From NCBI GenBank assembly GCA_030537075.1, contig JAUNOS010000001.1:30079-94078 (forward strand): a stretch of 64,000 bases of DNA. The letters run 5' to 3'. Made by a program: the position numbers and the translations under genes. The notes beneath the pieces are model-generated. The model was not told where the DNA came from. It worked only from the letters and a program-made list of their open reading frames with translations, and made no database searches. Shown piece by piece: positions 46,845 through 55,322 of the stretch (the first letter of the stretch is position 1; each line of letters opens with the position of its first letter). Origin of the DNA: Candidatus Saccharimonadota bacterium (GTDB lineage Bacteria > Patescibacteriota > Saccharimonadia > Saccharimonadales > Saccharimonadaceae).

Positions 46845-48936
46845 TCTTTCTACTATTAAACATCTCTTCTCCTCCTTCTAAATGAGTAATTGCAACCTTG
46901 AACCAATCTTCCATTTTTCCTTTGCTTGCGCCTACTAATTCACCGGAATACATATTGCCACAATAGTATGTCTCATCGTCCGGATAATTGCAATATACAA
47001 CTTGGCTCGGTAGTGTATTGACTGCAATATTTGCATCATGCGTGGAAATCACTATTGTTTTTCCCAGCTCTCTTATATTCTTTATTTGCGGTAACAGGTG
47101 ATTAACTATATATTTATGACCAAGACCCCTCTCTATCTCGTCAAATAGGTAGCAATCGTATTCGGGATTCTCTAGCGCGGCACTAACAGATAGAATAGCC
47201 CTTTCTCCCTCCGAAGGCTTATAGTTATCATCACCTTTTATCCTGATTGATTCTCGTTTTTTAATTATATCTGTAATAAATTTATTAACATCAACCCCCT
47301 GTTCTGCTACTTTAAAATATTCATTAATGTTAGAAAATTTTGTTACATTAAAGTTCTCAATTTTCTTTACGACACCCCTGTTAAAAACGATTCGATTCTT
47401 ATCAAACACAGAATCTTTCCTATGTTTATCTCTCTGGCTAAGGCAAACGACCTCAACTCCTAGGGTCACATCACCCTTACCAGGCAAGTATCCTATTGGA
47501 AAGGCACTCTCAGACTGTATTTGTTTCATGTTTTCTACTAACCTACTGTTTGCTTCAAGCCTCTCAAGTCTGCTTGCAAATAGTTTTGAGAGTCCAATAT
47601 TTGTAGGCTTAGGTTTGCTGCCAGTACATTTTTTCAGCGAGTCTTTAATAGATACGATAAATCGCTCTGTGAATTTGTCAGAGTATTGTTTTGCTAAAGT
47701 ATCTTTAGCTTCAGACATAATATCCCGCTTCAACAGAGACAATTCTTTCATCAAACTATCTTTGTCTCTCGACGTAATCTTGGTAGTTTTATTTAATGCG
47801 ACTACTTTATCTACTTTATCCATATTTTCTTCGCACGCATCCATTATGGCCTGCATTTTATGTGAATTCAGGTCGGTAAAGCTACAATCTGCCTTTAAAA
47901 CTCTCTTCGCGCGCGCATTTGTTATTTTGCTCTGGTTAGCAGATTTATATTCTTTAATGAAATCGCGGACAGGAGACTCTCGATAATTCAAAATTTTTTG
48001 GATATCTTCTTTGATCTCCCGCAAGATATCTTCATTTATTTTTTCTCTCTCAGCGTAGCTATTGATTATTTGATCATAATATCTTTGATAATCCGAGCCT
48101 TTATGCAGAAAACATTTTTTACCTGATGCTGCAAACGCTGGCATAATATAATCTTCCATTAATATAGTTTTGCCAGATCCTTTTTCACCAAATACTATAT
48201 TTATATCGTCGTATATACTCACTATTCCCGCATCGGTTTTTACGTTAAGGCTACTTGAGCCATCAAGAGCATTTTTTACAAACATTTTTGGATCTTTTGC
48301 TAACTCGTAGAATTTACCAAAACTATCTATAGAGAACTTTACTTCTGGCGTCATAGACGCGCTATAGTTGTCCCAGTCTTTAACATCGCTACCAATCAAA
48401 CATAGTCTATTGATTCTATGATTAACTATACCCATAGAGAGAGTATTTGCCGTTTCCATAATTAACACATAGCCGGCAAGGCCTGATTCAAGATCACTCC
48501 TTTCATTCGGCCTAAATCCATTGGCCTTATCATAGAAATGAGGTATTATAATAATTTTATCTTTAGGTAATTGATTTGTGCGATTAATAAATTCTTTGTA
48601 TGAAAATGAAAATGTATTATAGTTTCGATTCGGGTCGCCATCATACGCACTACTGAACTCTTCAGTAATTCCCGGATCGCATACCACAATAACTTGTCTA
48701 TTTTGACCATCTTCTAATTTGATATCCAGTTCTATGCCTGGTATTACAACAATGCCTTCACCCAATTCAACTACCTTATTGTACTCATTCACATCGAACT
48801 TGTTGTGATTGGTGATCGAACAAAAGCCGACTCCGCAGTTTCTCATTTTTTCGATGTATGCTTCTGGGGTGATTTCACGTTTCTTTCCATCACCGGTCTT
48901 TAGGCACTGTGTATGTGTGTGCAAATCAATTCTCAT
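46825..48936 (-). CDS. PHP-domain phosphoesterase fused to an OLD/RecF-like ABC ATPase (Ppl-like antiphage architecture)
   Basis: N-terminus MRIDLHTHT (PHP HxH motif) with further His/Asp/Glu metal ligands. Central Walker A GEKGSGKT. C-terminal Walker B/D-loop YLFDEIERG and H-loop ISTHD. ATGA overlap with the hsdS stop. Confidence 0.72.
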   Translation of the reverse strand: MRIDLHTHTQCLKTGDGKKREITPEAYIEKMRNCGVGFCSITNHNKFDVNEYNKVVELGEGIVVIPGIELDIKLEDGQNRQVIVVCDPGITEEFSSAYDGDPNRNYNTFSFSYKEFINRTNQLPKDKIIIIPHFYDKANGFRPNERSDLESGLAGYVLIMETANTLSMGIVNHRINRLCLIGSDVKDWDNYSASMTPEVKFSIDSFGKFYELAKDPKMFVKNALDGSSSLNVKTDAGIVSIYDDINIVFGEKGSGKTILMEDYIMPAFAASGKKCFLHKGSDYQRYYDQIINSYAEREKINEDILREIKEDIQKILNYRESPVRDFIKEYKSANQSKITNARAKRVLKADCSFTDLNSHKMQAIMDACEENMDKVDKVVALNKTTKITSRDKDSLMKELSLLKRDIMSEAKDTLAKQYSDKFTERFIVSIKDSLKKCTGSKPKPTNIGLSKLFASRLERLEANSRLVENMKQIQSESAFPIGYLPGKGDVTLGVEVVCLSQRDKHRKDSVFDKNRIVFNRGVVKKIENFNVTKFSNINEYFKVAEQGVDVNKFITDIIKKRESIRIKGDDNYKPSEGERAILSVSAALENPEYDCYLFDEIERGLGHKYIVNHLLPQIKNIRELGKTIVISTHDANIAVNTLPSQVVYCNYPDDETYYCGNMYSGELVGASKGKMEDWFKVAITHLEGGEEMFNSRKNVYGDR

Positions 48937-50042
48937 ACAAACATCCTTTGCAATAGTGCTTTTTTGAACTTTTTTAGCTCCTCTAGTTTTTGAGTTTCGA
49001 GGGTGATTTTTTCGTCGATTTGGGAGAGGAAAGCGGCGATTTTCTGTTGCTCTTCAATTAGAGGCATTCCCAGTGTATAGATATTGCATATCACAGATGG
49101 GTGTGCCTTCGTGGTATAATCAAATACCTGTCTACCTTGCAGATATTGAAGTTGGCTCGCTAAAAACTTTGTATCTACTAGATTTTCATCAATAACTTTA
49201 ATAAACCCAGAAACATTAGTTATGGAGAATCTATGAGTTGGTCTATAGAAGAAATCACCCCCACCATCAATAGACCAAGTTATCATCTCGCTGTCAAACA
49301 TATAATTTCCGTACCTACCAAAAAGACCATTATTTTTCACAGAGGAAGAGTAGATGGGATACTCTCCGGGGTTGGCATCTACATCAGTGGCCGATATCAC
49401 CATGCCACGACCCATATTGATAAATCCTTTATCAACGATATCGCCTAGCTTTGTCGTCTCCCACTCTGGGAAGTCACTACCATCATCGCGCTTGAAGCGG
49501 AGAGTGCGGGTGAAGATTTTTTGGGTGAGGCCGCGTTTGTAGGCTTCGAGTTTTTCGACTTTGCGGCTAGTGAGCTCAATCCGCTCATCCACCGCCGTCA
49601 AAAACTCAGCGATTTTTTCTTGCTCCTGCTTGCTCGGGATGTTAACCTTAACTTTTTCTATCGTTGACTTAGATAAACTTGGTACACCTGTAGCTTCATT
49701 GTATCGTTGCCAATTGATATTGTTAAAAATTTCAAAGACAAACCTGGGACAAGAATCAACATAATCACGAGTGTAAAATAGTGTATCTACCGTCCAAAAT
49801 TTACCAGATAGAAATTGCGGTTTATCAATCGTGCCTTTGCGACCAATTGCAACACTTTCGCCTTCATATAGGTAATCGTCAACACTGAGCATATATCCGC
49901 CAGTGCCATACACTGGAATATCGCCTTCACCTAGATGCTTATAGTCACGACCGTTGCCAATAGTTAAGATGTCGCCGATCTTTTTCGTAGACCAGTCGTC
50001 GGTGAATTCAGGAAATCGCAAACTAGGCTTCATTACGTACAT
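48933..50042 (-). CDS. hsdS: type I restriction-modification specificity subunit
   Basis: 369 aa with two target-recognition-domain halves separated by conserved helical spacers. Positioned with hsdM and hsdR. Confidence 0.88.
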   Translation of the reverse strand: MYVMKPSLRFPEFTDDWSTKKIGDILTIGNGRDYKHLGEGDIPVYGTGGYMLSVDDYLYEGESVAIGRKGTIDKPQFLSGKFWTVDTLFYTRDYVDSCPRFVFEIFNNINWQRYNEATGVPSLSKSTIEKVKVNIPSKQEQEKIAEFLTAVDERIELTSRKVEKLEAYKRGLTQKIFTRTLRFKRDDGSDFPEWETTKLGDIVDKGFINMGRGMVISATDVDANPGEYPIYSSSVKNNGLFGRYGNYMFDSEMITWSIDGGGDFFYRPTHRFSITNVSGFIKVIDENLVDTKFLASQLQYLQGRQVFDYTTKAHPSVICNIYTLGMPLIEEQQKIAAFLSQIDEKITLETQKLEELKKFKKALLQRMFV

Positions 50043-50820
50043 CTCTATCTAAATACTTATTTTCGTTATTAAGCCACCGTTGCCTAAGGCGCTTACTTGC
50101 AGGCGTATCTCCCATCTGCCATTCATTTGCGTAAGGAACATACCCCAATGCGACCAAAAAATTAATGGCATCCGCATCATACTTAATACCCAACCTCAGC
50201 TTGACTTCACTTAGTCTCCAATACGGTTTTACATCAAGAAACTCACGAAGGTCACTAGGATAATTAATATTGCTTGCAGCCCACCGCTCAAACACTTTCT
50301 GTAAACGCTTATTTTTTATTTGATATATTTTTTTAGCTATTTTACGTAAGCCAAATCTCGCAACTGACATGATTCCAATCGTATCAGCAACAAATCCCCA
50401 CCAGTCAAAAAGTTCCACCCCAGACGCGCCCAAGCCTGAAGGTATGCTAATTGCGACACTTCTACCGTCACCAAATATAATACCAGCCCCTAAGGCTTCG
50501 TCGATTTCGCGTAATGTCCAGTCCTCATAAAAGCCCTCTAGATCACCTGTTTTTTTGACTGTATCATCGCCGTTTATTTTGTATGGTATTCCCCATGCGC
50601 TGTCGGTTTTTTTCTCCTGATCCGACCCTTTATCTATAGCTATACCGATTGGGGTTTGATTTGTAATTACCCCATCTTTCTCAAAGACTTCATTATATGT
50701 AGATATAATTACTGAACGCAGCGACTCATCAAGGTTAACTTCTTTTCTAATGACGATAGGTTCGTCGAGCATGTCTCCATACTGAGTCGTCCTAAATATT
50801 AGGTCAATTTTTTCCATCAT
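50023..50820 (-). CDS. hypothetical protein (265 aa) inserted between hsdM and hsdS
   Basis: ATGA overlap with the hsdM stop and 20-nt overlap with the hsdS start. Lower GC. No recognisable domain. Confidence 0.6.
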   Translation of the reverse strand: MMEKIDLIFRTTQYGDMLDEPIVIRKEVNLDESLRSVIISTYNEVFEKDGVITNQTPIGIAIDKGSDQEKKTDSAWGIPYKINGDDTVKKTGDLEGFYEDWTLREIDEALGAGIIFGDGRSVAISIPSGLGASGVELFDWWGFVADTIGIMSVARFGLRKIAKKIYQIKNKRLQKVFERWAASNINYPSDLREFLDVKPYWRLSEVKLRLGIKYDADAINFLVALGYVPYANEWQMGDTPASKRLRQRWLNNENKYLDRDVRNEA

Positions 50821-52367
50821 GGCGCCTCAATCCCCAATTCTTTGCAAAACTCAGCGATTTTCGCGTCAACTTCGGCGGATTTTTGGTCGATTTGTTTGAT
50901 TTCGGCGGTGACTTCGGCAAGGTCAATTTCCGGCTCAGGTTCAAATGTATCGACATAGCGCGGAATGTTAAGATTAAAGTCATTTTCGGCGATTTCGGCT
51001 AGGCTAGCGTTGTGACTGTATTTGTTGATTTCGGCGCGGGTGGCGTAGGTTTCGATAATTTTGTCGATATTTTTGGCGCTAAGGTAATTTTGATTCTTGC
51101 CTTTGGTGAATTCGCGGCTGGCGTCGATGAAGAGTACGCTTTCTTCTGGCGTGCGGCATTTTTTGAAGACTAAAATACAGGCAGGGATACTTGTTCCGTA
51201 AAATAGGTTTGCTGGCAAGCCAATAATCGCGTCAAGGTAATTACGCTGCTCAATAATAAAGCGACGAATCGCCCCTTCGGCTGCACCACGAAACAGTACG
51301 CCGTGCGGCATAATAACTGCCAGCGTGCCGCTATCATCCAGTTGGTGGATCATGTGGGTAATGAAGGCGTAGTCTGCCTTACTTTTTGGTGCTAGACGAC
51401 CATACGGTGAAAATCGATCATCACTCAGGTGAATTGGGTCAGCCGACCACTTGGCACCAAACGGCGGATTGGCCACAATCGCTTCAAACCGCTTATCATA
51501 ATGCTGCGGGCGCTCGAGTGTATCATCCTGCTTAATATCAAAATCTGCATAGTGCACATCGTGCAAAATCATATTCATGCGAGCCAAGTTGTAGGTAGTA
51601 TTATTTAGCTCTTGGCCATAAATCTTATCAATTTCCCCAATATGCTTTTTAACACGAAGTAGCAAAGATCCAGAACCGCAAGTTGGATCGTATGCATTGC
51701 GCAGACGATCCCGACCTTGCGTCACAATGCGAGCCAAGATTTCAGAAACATCCTGCGGCGTATAGAATTCGCCCGCCTTTTTGCCTGCACCAGCCGCAAA
51801 TTTGCCGATGAGGTATTCGTACGCATCACCCAGGATATCAATCTGCGAATCTCCAAGCTGAAAATCAATCCTACTAAGGTGACTTAGTACTTTGGCGATG
51901 AGCTTATTACGCTCGGCGACTGTTTTACCAAGTTTAATATTATGAAGGTCGAGATCTGAAAAGAGATTACCGAAGTCTTCTTCGCTATCGCTTCCCATGG
52001 TGGACTTTTCAATACCGTGCAAAATCCGCTCAAGGTCTTCAGTGAGTGTACTATTATTTGCCGCACCTTCGGCGATAACCGTAAATAAATCTTCGGGGGC
52101 AAGAAAGCAGCCCAGCTTGTCAATTGACTGCTTCTTTATCGCCTTTAGATACGCTTCTTTTTGCGGGTGGTCTACAAGTGCTTCGTAGGTCGCGTGCTCC
52201 GGCTCAAGCAAATGATTGGCGTAATCGGTAATCTTTTCTGAAAGATATTTATAAAAAATAAGACCAAGCATATAGTCACGGTAGTCATCCGCGTTCATCT
52301 TGCCATGAAATTCATCGGCTACCTTCCATAGTTGCGCATGCAAATTGCGGCGCTGGTCCTCGGTCAT
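50817..52367 (-). CDS. hsdM: type I restriction-modification DNA methyltransferase subunit (N6-adenine)
   Basis: N-terminal HsdM domain, SAM motif I (DPTCGSGSLL) and catalytic NPPF (ANPPFGAKW). GGGGAGAGG RBS. Confidence 0.95.
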   Translation of the reverse strand: MTEDQRRNLHAQLWKVADEFHGKMNADDYRDYMLGLIFYKYLSEKITDYANHLLEPEHATYEALVDHPQKEAYLKAIKKQSIDKLGCFLAPEDLFTVIAEGAANNSTLTEDLERILHGIEKSTMGSDSEEDFGNLFSDLDLHNIKLGKTVAERNKLIAKVLSHLSRIDFQLGDSQIDILGDAYEYLIGKFAAGAGKKAGEFYTPQDVSEILARIVTQGRDRLRNAYDPTCGSGSLLLRVKKHIGEIDKIYGQELNNTTYNLARMNMILHDVHYADFDIKQDDTLERPQHYDKRFEAIVANPPFGAKWSADPIHLSDDRFSPYGRLAPKSKADYAFITHMIHQLDDSGTLAVIMPHGVLFRGAAEGAIRRFIIEQRNYLDAIIGLPANLFYGTSIPACILVFKKCRTPEESVLFIDASREFTKGKNQNYLSAKNIDKIIETYATRAEINKYSHNASLAEIAENDFNLNIPRYVDTFEPEPEIDLAEVTAEIKQIDQKSAEVDAKIAEFCKELGIEAP

Positions 52368-52413
52368 CCTCTCCCCTATTTAGCACTCATCTTACAGTGT
52401 TATCTAAGGGGTA

Positions 52414-53061
52414 TTATAGCATATTTGCGATACTTCGGTAATCTTGTTTGGTGATAATAAGATGGTCGATGAATGTAATGTCGAGCAATTCAGCAGCCTC
52501 TTTTAGTCGCCTTGTCACGACCACATCCGCCTCACTCGGCCGCAAACTCCCACTCGGATGATTGTGCGCTACGATGATACTGGCAGCCCGGTCGGCGATG
52601 GCGGGGGCGAAGACTTCGCGCGGATGCACCAGGCTGGCGGTGAGGGTGCCGATGGAAATAACATGTTTGTTGATCAGCCGATTTGCCCCATCCAGCGTCA
52701 AGCAGACGAAATATTCTTGCTGTTTGTCGCGAATATCTACCAATTGCTCAGCCGCCTTTTCGGGCGAGTCAATCACCGGTCGATCAGGCTCCAGCAAATG
52801 TTGTCGCGCCAGTTCAAAACTCGCCAAAATTACCGGAATCTTGGCCGCACCTAGACCCCCGACCTGCCGCAGATCATCATACGATACGTCCGCACCCTTC
52901 ACCTGCAGCACCTTTAGCACCCGCCGGGCGATCACACTTACATCCGCCTGCTTATTGCCACTACCGATAATCGCCATCAGTAGCTCCAGGTCAGACAACC
53001 TGGCCGCGCCATATAGCGCCAACTTCTCACGCGGGCGATCCATAGGGCGACGGTCGTGCAT
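52414..53061 (-). CDS. radC: RadC-family JAB/MPN domain protein
   Basis: JAMM motif HNHPSGSLRPSEADVVVT with a helix-hairpin-helix-like N-terminus. Confidence 0.88.
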   Translation of the reverse strand: MHDRRPMDRPREKLALYGAARLSDLELLMAIIGSGNKQADVSVIARRVLKVLQVKGADVSYDDLRQVGGLGAAKIPVILASFELARQHLLEPDRPVIDSPEKAAEQLVDIRDKQQEYFVCLTLDGANRLINKHVISIGTLTASLVHPREVFAPAIADRAASIIVAHNHPSGSLRPSEADVVVTRRLKEAAELLDITFIDHLIITKQDYRSIANML

Positions 53062-53097
53062 TTTCAGACTCTTAACAGCACAAGCTCCTAGGCAACC

Positions 53098-53826
53098 CTA
53101 TTGTTCATCATCTTTCGCCACATGCTTGCCACTCCGCACTTTTCGCACATTATAGTTCATGAGATGCCTTCCAAAATACCTATAGGCGATGACCTGCAAA
53201 AACGACAATTCCTGGCGGTGCTCACGTAGTAGTGCGTCAGGATTGTCATATAGACCAAAATCCTGATTAATGCCTTTGCTTTGGATATAGGTATTGTTAC
53301 GGTTAAACTCTACAACGGGACTTTGGAAATTATCTACCGCAACACCATAACCACAAAAAGTACCCGTACACGAGCTATACGCCCGTTGCAGCTCAGAAAG
53401 ATACTGCTTATCTAAAATGAAACCTTCTAGCTCATACCACACACCATCAAGATATACTTCGACCCAGCTATGAAGAATGTTTCGCGGGGCATTTTTATAC
53501 ACAATTCCCGTCATTGCACCCTTTTGCAGCTTTTTGTCAATTGTAAACCCATGTGTCCTACACGGTATGCCGCAGGCACGCAATAATGCCATAAGAAGCG
53601 TCCCCTTGGTATTGCATTGCCCATAGCCATCGCGAAGCACTCGAGACGCAGAGACGCTATCATCGCTATTGTAGCCAAAAAGTATCTCATCACGGACATA
53701 GTCATAGATTGCCCTAATTCGCTCAAAGTCAGGTAAATCCTTCCATTTACGCCTTTTGATGAGTTGCTGAATACGGACATTGTCATAGTCCAGCATTGCT
53801 GTTTTTTCAAGATATTGTGTATTCAT
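53098..53826 (-). CDS. transglutaminase-like cysteine protease superfamily protein
   Basis: Core GYGQCNTKGTLLMALLRACGIPCR with the catalytic Cys, plus downstream His/Asp. Confidence 0.72.
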   Translation of the reverse strand: MNTQYLEKTAMLDYDNVRIQQLIKRRKWKDLPDFERIRAIYDYVRDEILFGYNSDDSVSASRVLRDGYGQCNTKGTLLMALLRACGIPCRTHGFTIDKKLQKGAMTGIVYKNAPRNILHSWVEVYLDGVWYELEGFILDKQYLSELQRAYSSCTGTFCGYGVAVDNFQSPVVEFNRNNTYIQSKGINQDFGLYDNPDALLREHRQELSFLQVIAYRYFGRHLMNYNVRKVRSGKHVAKDDEQ

Positions 53827-53891
53827 CTGAAGCCCCTTCTACTCTTGCATTGACCCTATTATGATAACATTATTTCGCGTATTTTTGTAGT

Positions 53892-54743
53892 TCACACCCC
53901 GAGCAGCAGCACCATCGTCACCACCGCCCCAGTCACATAATTCAGCCACAAAAAGCGTCGCCAGCCAGCCCGTGCTGTGGCGGAAGTATCATCACGAATT
54001 CGCACAAACGGCAGCAGATTGATAATATACAAACCACCCGCGGCCGCCACTGGCCACGCCGCCGCGCCCAGACATACCACCAATCCGACCGCTGCCATGT
54101 ACAGCACTATCGCCAGCCATACCGTTGCCCGTGCGCCAAACACAGTGGCGATGGAGCGGATCTTGGCTTCGCGATCTGGCACAATATCCTGCACCGCACC
54201 AAACGCCTGACTGGCCATACCCCAGCAGAAAAACGCCGCAGCCGCCAGCCAGCCCGCCTGCGTCGTGCCGACCAGCGAATAGGCATAGATAAGCGGCCCA
54301 ACAAAATGCAAACTCGAGGTTACCGAATCAAGCAGTGGCACTTCCTTAAACCGCAAACCTTTGGCACTATACGCCACCACAAAAAACAGCACGCCAGCTA
54401 GCACCAACGCACTGTGCCAACCGCCCAGCCACGTCAACGCCACCACAAACGGCACGCACGACAGCACCGCCGACCAGACGATGAGTGGGTGATACCGCCG
54501 CGGCGTTACCGCCCCTTCCACACCGCCCTTGCGAGGATTTCGCATGTCGGATTCATAATCGCACACATCATTGATGCCATACATCAGCAAATTGTACGGG
54601 ATGAGGAAAAACAGGGTGCCGATGATCAGTCGCGCATCAATCACCCCACCCATCACCAGGTATCCCGCCGCGAAAGGATACGCCGTATTCACCCACGACA
54701 GCGGCCGCGAGGTCATATATAACAATCTAAGCTTTTCTTTCAC
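53892..54743 (-). CDS. crtEb: UbiA-family prenyltransferase, lycopene elongase-like
   Basis: About 8 TM helices and a NDxxDxxxD motif (NDVCDYESD). Last gene of the crt operon, in the position of C. glutamicum crtEb. Confidence 0.72.
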   Translation of the reverse strand: MKEKLRLLYMTSRPLSWVNTAYPFAAGYLVMGGVIDARLIIGTLFFLIPYNLLMYGINDVCDYESDMRNPRKGGVEGAVTPRRYHPLIVWSAVLSCVPFVVALTWLGGWHSALVLAGVLFFVVAYSAKGLRFKEVPLLDSVTSSLHFVGPLIYAYSLVGTTQAGWLAAAAFFCWGMASQAFGAVQDIVPDREAKIRSIATVFGARATVWLAIVLYMAAVGLVVCLGAAAWPVAAAGGLYIINLLPFVRIRDDTSATARAGWRRFLWLNYVTGAVVTMVLLLGV

Positions 54744-55023
54744 GATCCACCCCCTTCCAAATTGCCGGCACAGCTAGCCCCGCCAGCAGCGCGTAAAACA
54801 AATCTTCAATCGGTGCCAGCCCCACGCGGATGCCCAAAATTTTCTCCGCAGGATAGATGAACATACCAAGGTAAATCAGCAGCGAATCAAACACAATTGT
54901 CGTGAGCAGCAACACCACCAGCGTCACCCACACCGCACGCCCCACGACCAGCAATTTTCGCCACGCCAGCACACCCAGCACCACCGCTAAAAACAGCCCA
55001 TTCAATACTACATATGTTGCCAT
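54727..55023 (-). CDS. crtYf: lycopene cyclase domain protein (heterodimeric C50 epsilon-cyclase subunit)
   Basis: 98 aa with 3 TM helices and a lycopene_cycl domain containing the PIED motif. Confidence 0.65.
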   Translation of the reverse strand: MATYVVLNGLFLAVVLGVLAWRKLLVVGRAVWVTLVVLLLTTIVFDSLLIYLGMFIYPAEKILGIRVGLAPIEDLFYALLAGLAVPAIWKGVDRERKA

Positions 55024-55322
55024 CGCTTCACTCCCGCCCGATACACCACCAGGCTAAAATAACTCAAAAACAGCAAGAAAAACAGTTCCTCTAGCGGAAA
55101 TTCTGGCAATAAATAGATGTCCGACATATACGGCGAGTGTCCGCTGAGAAAAATGCCGAGCGAAATACCGCAGATATCCCACACGATAAACACGCCAGTC
55201 ATGATCAGTACCGTCAGCACCGTGCGGCGTGCATCATACCAATACGCCAACCCGTATCGCCAATCCAGCACCGCCATCCCCGCGAAGCTTGCCACAATCC
55301 CCGCCAAGTACAGCCAGTTCAT
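55008..55322 (-). CDS. crtYe: lycopene cyclase domain protein (heterodimeric C50 epsilon-cyclase subunit)
   Basis: 104 aa with 3 TM helices and the PEFPLEE motif. 4-nt overlap with crtI. Confidence 0.65.
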   Translation of the reverse strand: MNWLYLAGIVASFAGMAVLDWRYGLAYWYDARRTVLTVLIMTGVFIVWDICGISLGIFLSGHSPYMSDIYLLPEFPLEELFFLLFLSYFSLVVYRAGVKRWQHM

